From the IMG/VR virus record IMGVR_UViG_3300012147_001294: a stretch of 64,000 nt of DNA; one strand, given 5' to 3'. The translations under genes and the position numbers were made by a program. Of the stretch, positions 58,505 through 64,000 are shown in pieces. The stretch's first letter is position 1. Each line of letters begins with the position of its first letter. This stretch comes from an uncultured virus (IMG/VR IMGVR_UViG_3300012147_001294). Taxonomy: Duplodnaviria; Heunggongvirae; Uroviricota; Caudoviricetes. Below the pieces are notes generated by a model. It saw only the letters and a program-made list of their open reading frames with translations, was not told the DNA's origin and did no database searches.

Positions 58505-58978
58505 TTATCTTTTATTAGTAAATTTTCTATTACTAAAACATTCTCTAATTTCATAAATTATTTCTGGGATTATCTCTTTTATGTTTACATTCACTTTTAA
58601 TGATAAGTGAAAAAACTCATTTGGAAAGATTGATTCCCCACGAACTTCTTTATCTAAAAGAAATTGAAACTTAAACTCATCCATTTTTTTTGGTGGTGAT
58701 TTATAAGTTTCTTGCGATTGGTCAATGTACGGGTTGTAATTGGACCACATATAATCATTCGATTGTTTTTTTAAAAATGTAGGGATTATACCTAATCTAC
58801 CTAAATCGTTTAAATGCATACCTGAAACTTCATCTAACATTTCTTTCATGTTTGTCATGTTTTCATCAAAATCAAAAATATGAAAACCTCGTTGACAAAC
58901 AATATTATTGTTTACATAAAGGATAAATTCAAACCTATCATTGTCGAATTTTTTAAACGCTTCTTTGTTATTTTCCAT
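58505..58978 (-). CDS. hypothetical protein
   Basis: 157-aa ORF in the replication operon. Confidence 0.7.
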   Translation of the reverse strand: MENNKEAFKKFDNDRFEFILYVNNNIVCQRGFHIFDFDENMTNMKEMLDEVSGMHLNDLGRLGIIPTFLKKQSNDYMWSNYNPYIDQSQETYKSPPKKMDEFKFQFLLDKEVRGESIFPNEFFHLSLKVNVNIKEIIPEIIYEIRECFSNRKFTNKR

Positions 58979-59001
58979 TTGTTTATTATTAATTATTTAT
59001 A

Positions 59002-60054
59002 TTAAAATTTTATTTTTTCTCTTGCAATTAAGTTCTTAAACGGAACTAAATAATCAGGATATCTATATTCACCAATTACTATATCTAAACCATCTCTTTT
59101 CATAAAAGATAGTACGTTTTTTAATTCTCTACCACTATCATCTAATGTCCCTTCAATCAAGGTTTCTAAATTAGCTATTCCTTTATTAGTCATCATTGGA
59201 GAACTAAGGTCAACTAATTGTTTATTTATTTCATATACCTTAGTACCTTGAACACCATCTGTAATGGAATATAGTAAGTTTTCTAAAACCAATAAAGGTT
59301 TCTTTTTAGTTAAAACTCTTTCATCGCTTAATATCTTAGCCTCAACTAATAACTCTTCAATAGAGAACTTTCGGTTAGTTATTTCTGGGAATAATTTTAT
59401 TAGCGTTTTTTCCCCAACACCTTTTATACCTTTAATTGAATCAGAATTGTCGCCAATTATTGTTTTCATTAGTACAGCATTGTCTCTATGGTAACAAAAG
59501 TACGAAGAAAAATTGTCTATCCCAACGTATTTTTTCAAATCTAAGAAATAAATTTTTATTTTTTCCTTAACTAACTGAGCCATATCTCTATCGTTAGTCG
59601 CTATGGTTATTTTTTCGTTTTCTTTTTTATTTAAACAATAATAAGCGATAAAGTCATCACCCTCTATTATATCATCCTTTAACTGTCTGATATACATTTC
59701 ATTTAAATATTCCCAAACAACTTCTCTTTGTAATAGTTCGGATTCATCTATTGGTTTAGTGCCGTTGATGTAATCTTTACCTCTATCACTTTTGTATGGT
59801 TTGTATATATCATACCTTAGTTTACCACTGAAATTACCATCCCAGAAGACGTATACTCTATGATATACGTCTTCTGATAGTAACATCCTTAATATAGTAA
59901 TAAATTGGTAAATACCGCCTATATGTTGCCCATTATTATTATAACTATTTTTAGCTCCAAAAAAACTAGTTTTAAACAATGCTGAACCATCTATGAGTAA
60001 AGTGTTTTGTATTTTTTTTACTACTTCACCGTTTTTTGGTGGTCTTTTATTCAA
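59002..60054 (-). CDS. 5'-3' exonuclease / flap endonuclease (T4 RNase H-like)
   Basis: LLIDG, VFWDG, YKSDR, EGDD, DRD, GDNSDSIKGIKGVGEKT. Confidence 0.92.
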   Translation of the reverse strand: MNKRPPKNGEVVKKIQNTLLIDGSALFKTSFFGAKNSYNNNGQHIGGIYQFITILRMLLSEDVYHRVYVFWDGNFSGKLRYDIYKPYKSDRGKDYINGTKPIDESELLQREVVWEYLNEMYIRQLKDDIIEGDDFIAYYCLNKKENEKITIATNDRDMAQLVKEKIKIYFLDLKKYVGIDNFSSYFCYHRDNAVLMKTIIGDNSDSIKGIKGVGEKTLIKLFPEITNRKFSIEELLVEAKILSDERVLTKKKPLLVLENLLYSITDGVQGTKVYEINKQLVDLSSPMMTNKGIANLETLIEGTLDDSGRELKNVLSFMKRDGLDIVIGEYRYPDYLVPFKNLIAREKIKF

Positions 60055-60092
60055 AATAAATAATTTAAAAATTAATATTCTTTTGTTTTTTT

Positions 60093-61205
60093 TTATTTAC
60101 TGAAGCTTTCTTCAGGGATAGTTTCTTCCGTAACTTCGAATTCTTCAAAATTAGTACCTAACTTAGCATTGATAAAGTCTTTATTAACTTTAACATAATT
60201 GTTTTTTTCATCTGGATTTAAAAAACCGTGTGGTGTTGAACAAATAGAACCAGAATATTCGATTCCATTTACGTGGTTTTTAACACACTTAATATCAGTT
60301 CTGACACCAAAATTATAGCTTTGACCACCACTTACAGCATCTAATTTTTTACTTGATGAAGTTGTCATACCACCCATGTGGAAAATTAATCTTACACCGT
60401 ATTTAAATCCTTCACCACCATTATGCATAACCGTTGGTTGTCCGACCGCATTAGGTCTTAACCATATTTTTTGAACCGCAACAAATGTGTTTGTGTATAA
60501 AGAACTTTCACGTCTTGAAGCTGGTATTCTAAAATTTAATATTGATTCGAATTCTCTTTTAAGTGCTCCAGCAGTCCATTGATTGTTGTTCGTGTTTGAA
60601 ACCGCACCTTGATAACAACCTATAGAACCAATTGAATCCCAAAGAAAGACTAAATTGTATGGTAACTCACCTTTTTCTTGTTTATCTAACAACTCGTTTA
60701 TTAATTTTGCAACGTCTTCAACAACTGGGATATATCTTTGAGGTGTAGTTTTCATTTTAGCGTCTTTATAATCAAAGTTTTGATATAATGCTAATAAATC
60801 ACTACCACCAAAATACATAAAGTCGTCACCATCGTAGTCTAAAATCTCACCCGTTTCTTCGTCTACTGTTTCATTAAAATTAAAACCAACTAGTCTGGCG
60901 TGTTCCCAATTAAAACTACCTTCAGTGTCTATGATTATACAATAGTCACCTATTTTTTGGGCACCAGCTAACGATTCATAAATTCCAGTTGATTTACCAA
61001 CGTCTGAAAACCCTCTAAATTGTGATGTATAACCTCTTGGTACTCCTGGTAATCCGACAGCGTCATGGAATGCTTTTTTGAAAGGTAACCATGTTAATTC
61101 TTTTTCCTTAACTACTTGTTCACCTAACCCAATACTTTTTTTGAAATCTTTGTTACTAAACCCAACTTTGGTTAATGGTTTCTTTTCTGGATGCTTTTTA
61201 ATCAT
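60093..61205 (-). CDS. recA: RecA/UvsX recombinase
   Basis: GFSDVGKST, IDTE, WDSIG, KNH. Confidence 0.85.
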   Translation of the reverse strand: MIKKHPEKKPLTKVGFSNKDFKKSIGLGEQVVKEKELTWLPFKKAFHDAVGLPGVPRGYTSQFRGFSDVGKSTGIYESLAGAQKIGDYCIIIDTEGSFNWEHARLVGFNFNETVDEETGEILDYDGDDFMYFGGSDLLALYQNFDYKDAKMKTTPQRYIPVVEDVAKLINELLDKQEKGELPYNLVFLWDSIGSIGCYQGAVSNTNNNQWTAGALKREFESILNFRIPASRRESSLYTNTFVAVQKIWLRPNAVGQPTVMHNGGEGFKYGVRLIFHMGGMTTSSSKKLDAVSGGQSYNFGVRTDIKCVKNHVNGIEYSGSICSTPHGFLNPDEKNNYVKVNKDFINAKLGTNFEEFEVTEETIPEESFSK

Positions 61206-61238
61206 TTAACTTATTTTTAAAATTTAATTATTTTAGAT

Positions 61239-61267
61239 AAAAAAAGAGGTTATACACCTCTTTTTTT
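61239..61267 (-). terminator. intrinsic terminator
   Basis: aaaaaaagaggt-tatac-acctcttttttt. Confidence 0.85.
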
Positions 61268-61289
61268 GTTTTATTTTATTTTAGGTTCA

Positions 61290-62171
61290 CTAAAATGGTA
61301 AATCATCATTTTCATCTACATCAACTTTATTTTCTTCTACAGCGGTAGTGGTAAGTTGCATTTTGTTTTTAACGCTTTCAATACCTGAATTAACATCTTT
61401 AGTTTCTTCTACCTTGTCTTTGGTTAAACTGTTTACGAATTTCTTTTCTTCTTTGTCCCATACAGGAATTCCACCATTTACTATAATTTCTAAATATTCG
61501 TAATTTCTTTCAGCGTAAACATCTCTCCAAGTTCTAGTATCATTTACCCACAATTCTTTAAGTGCTGGGTCTAAAGTTAATGGGGTTGGGTCCAAAGTAG
61601 CTATCCCAGATACGATTGCGATGTCTCTTGAGTTTCTAGTGATTGTTAATAATAAATCACGACCAGTTTCTTCGTCAGTAATATCTTTTTTAATCGCATT
61701 TAAAATACCGATAACTTTATCGTAAACACCATCTTTACTGTAACTGTGATTAAATCTCCAGAATTTAACTCCATCTGCTTCGTTCTCTCTATCAATTACT
61801 TTAACAATATACATTTGTTTTTGGTTGTACTTTTTTGCATATTCTCTATCAGAATCTTTACCAGTAGCCATCAATGCTTCTCGTGCTTCACAAAATGGAC
61901 ACGCTTCATTATTTTCGGCTTTTAAACATGCAAATGTTTTCCATTCACCATCTACTTGAACTTTATGTCCAAAAAAATCTTGAAAAGGTGAACCACTTTC
62001 CGTAGGGATAATTCTGATTTGTTTTGTGGCTGAGTTTGTTCCTTTTGGGAGATAAGTTGTAAAGTAGTTGGCTAAATCATAAACCTTTACTTCTTTTTTC
62101 TCAAACTTTGGTGAGTTGTTTTTTTCGTACTGTGCTATCATAGCTAGTAATTTGTCTTGTCCTGTGCTCAT
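61290..62171 (-). CDS. single-stranded DNA-binding protein (gp32-like)
   Basis: IRIIP, CPFCE, GVKFWRF, TGRDL, acidic DDLPF tail. Confidence 0.85.
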   Translation of the reverse strand: MSTGQDKLLAMIAQYEKNNSPKFEKKEVKVYDLANYFTTYLPKGTNSATKQIRIIPTESGSPFQDFFGHKVQVDGEWKTFACLKAENNEACPFCEAREALMATGKDSDREYAKKYNQKQMYIVKVIDRENEADGVKFWRFNHSYSKDGVYDKVIGILNAIKKDITDEETGRDLLLTITRNSRDIAIVSGIATLDPTPLTLDPALKELWVNDTRTWRDVYAERNYEYLEIIVNGGIPVWDKEEKKFVNSLTKDKVEETKDVNSGIESVKNKMQLTTTAVEENKVDVDENDDLPF

Positions 62172-62210
62172 GTTTTTTTGCTTTATTTGTTATGCTTATG
62201 TGTAATTACA

Positions 62211-62271
62211 TATAAATATAATTAATTTTATTTAAAAGTAAATCGTATCGTAATAATTACATACAAAGATA
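62211..62271 (-). promoter_or_regulatory. dual promoter: TATTTATA (62211-62218) and TATCTTTG (62264-62271)
   Basis: Both recurrent motifs lie upstream of the SSB gene. Confidence 0.6.
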
Positions 62272-62304
62272 CTAATAAAAATATTTTTAACAACTTTTTT
62301 TTAT

Positions 62305-63090
62305 TTAAAATTCGTTATCATCTTCTTCTTCGAATTTATTATCGTCAAAACCAAAACTTTTTTTAACGTTTGGTTCACTGTAAGAATAATCTACATCACT
62401 TTTTTTAAGAACGTATTCTTTCTTTTTTATTTCTTCATTACCCATAACATCATATGCTCCTTCTTTATCTTTCCAATAGTCAGTTAATTTCTGGCTGTAT
62501 GGAAATGAATCTAGTGAACGCATCTCTAGTTTTTCAACTGGTGTTGGGTTTCTTTTTATAATTTCTTTTTCTAAATTTTCAATTTTACTTGAAACGGCAT
62601 CCATTTTAGCAATTCTGTTTTCTAAATCACTTAATTTTGATAACAACATTTCTGAGTTTTTACTGGCTTCTTCTGCCGCTGATTTAGCTTCTTCTGAGCC
62701 TTGAACTAAAGAAGTAACGTCAATCTCTACTTCGTCATCAACTGGTTCTTCCATAGGTTCTCCTAATTCATCTGGAGTCTCTGGTTCTAACTCTCCTTCT
62801 GGTTCCGCTTCTGGTTCTGGGAGTTCTCCAACTGGGGCTTCTGGGTCAGCATCTAACCCTAGTTCATCACCAATTTCACCAGCAGCTGCCATATCTATGT
62901 CGCTATCAGGTTCATTATCTGTAGGTGGTAAATCCTCATTTGTTTCTTCTTCTTCTTCAGCTTCGTATAACCCCTCATCGTACTTTGGTTCTTCTTTCCT
63001 TTCTTGGTAGAAATCATAACTTTCTAATACTTTAAAACGTTTCAATTCTTCTTTCAGTAATTCTGGGTTTAGTTTAGTTTTTTTAAACAT
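62305..63090 (-). CDS. acidic coiled-coil protein (scaffold/internal head candidate)
   Basis: LLKEELKRF N-terminus, E/P-rich linker, coiled coil. Confidence 0.55.
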   Translation of the reverse strand: MFKKTKLNPELLKEELKRFKVLESYDFYQERKEEPKYDEGLYEAEEEEETNEDLPPTDNEPDSDIDMAAAGEIGDELGLDADPEAPVGELPEPEAEPEGELEPETPDELGEPMEEPVDDEVEIDVTSLVQGSEEAKSAAEEASKNSEMLLSKLSDLENRIAKMDAVSSKIENLEKEIIKRNPTPVEKLEMRSLDSFPYSQKLTDYWKDKEGAYDVMGNEEIKKKEYVLKKSDVDYSYSEPNVKKSFGFDDNKFEEEDDNEF

Positions 63091-63278
63091 TAGTATAATA
63101 GTTGTCTTCCGTCTTCTGTAATTATTTTTTTATTTATTCTTTCAACCAAACTTCTATCACCTTTGATAATGCAAACACCATCAGGACAATTTGGTTTATA
63201 TTCATTGGTAGTATCTAAAAATTCGTCTAAATCACTATTTAGTTGTGTTTTTTTGTTATTTTGTTTCTTATCTTCCAT
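63090..63278 (-). CDS. hypothetical protein
   Basis: 62 aa ending IITEDGRQLL; TATTTATA at 63313-63320. Confidence 0.65.
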   Translation of the reverse strand: MEDKKQNNKKTQLNSDLDEFLDTTNEYKPNCPDGVCIIKGDRSLVERINKKIITEDGRQLLY

Positions 63279-63327
63279 ATTAAATTAATTTTTTATTTAA
63301 ATTATTGTTATATATAAATATCTTAAT

Positions 63328-63732
63328 TTAATTAAAAACTCGACTTATACTTAAAATTTTAAGTTCTTTATTACTAATTAATATTATTTTATTATTGTAT
63401 TCACTCCAATTTAATTTTACTGTTTTGTTTTCAATAAAATCATAGGTGTCTGGATATTTTTCTTTTATTAAAAGATTTAAACCATTTATTGTGTATAAAA
63501 CGTTTAATCTTTTATGGATTATGATTGAATTTGGGAACATTTCTTTTATATTTATTGGTTCATCCTTCAATACGTTTACTCTAAAAGTAAAAATTAGTTT
63601 TGAGTCATCATCTATATTTTTAAATATAAAAACTTTATTTTTTTTTATATTAAAATCATTTTCTAAATAGTTTAGAAAATAATCGATTTTATTTGGATTT
63701 ATGAATGATGCTAGTAGGACTGTTTTCTTCAT
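63328..63732 (-). CDS. hypothetical protein
   Basis: 134-aa ORF; LYTINGLN. Confidence 0.65.
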   Translation of the reverse strand: MKKTVLLASFINPNKIDYFLNYLENDFNIKKNKVFIFKNIDDDSKLIFTFRVNVLKDEPINIKEMFPNSIIIHKRLNVLYTINGLNLLIKEKYPDTYDFIENKTVKLNWSEYNNKIILISNKELKILSISRVFN

Positions 63733-64000
63733 TGTTTGTTATTGAAAATAAAAATGGTGTATAACGAACATTATTTTCAAGTCCAGTTATATTAGTTTTA
63801 TCCTCTATAAATATGGTATCATCTGTGAAAAACACAGAACTTTTAGCCTTAATTTTATTTTTAATCTTAGAAACATTTATACCTACAAATCTCAATAATT
63901 TTAAATCTATCCCTAGTATAATATTTTCCGCATATATATAAATCATTTGACCATTTTGATAGCTTATTTTATTCTCCATATTAAAGAATTTTTTCACTAT
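63689..64000 (-). CDS. hypothetical protein, probably truncated by the window end
   Basis: ORF is open to the window edge. Confidence 0.5.
   Translation of the reverse strand: MVKKFFNMENKISYQNGQMIYIYAENIILGIDLKLLRFVGINVSKIKNKIKAKSSVFFTDDTIFIEDKTNITGLENNVRYTPFLFSITNNEENSPTSIIHKSK

Overview
This is a 64-kb segment of a very AT-rich, large (jumbo-type) myophage genome, with almost all genes on the minus strand. The host is probably Bacteroidota (Flavobacteria-like). The evidence is TAnnTTTG host-type promoters, a Bacteroidota-like primary sigma factor, an Hc1-like protein and adhesin-like repeats. The window holds host-interaction genes (DnaJ, TROVE/vWA, RNase HII), lysis genes, putative internal head proteins and a replication/recombination set (SbcCD, Dda-like helicase, exonuclease, primase, RuvC, DnaB, FEN, RecA, SSB). 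It also holds a baseplate/tail module with a free-standing endonuclease, and class Ia RNR. The main signal is extensive gene fracturing. NrdA is encoded in three ORFs joined by two split inteins. DnaB has a contiguous class 3 intein plus a third split intein, SbcC has a mini-intein, and SbcD is split without any intein. A 28-nt perfect antisense copy of the Dda helicase motif-III coding sequence lies in an intergenic gap of the structural module. Several genes have coding-like sequence continuing past their stop codon. All family assignments come from motif recognition by eye; no searches were run.
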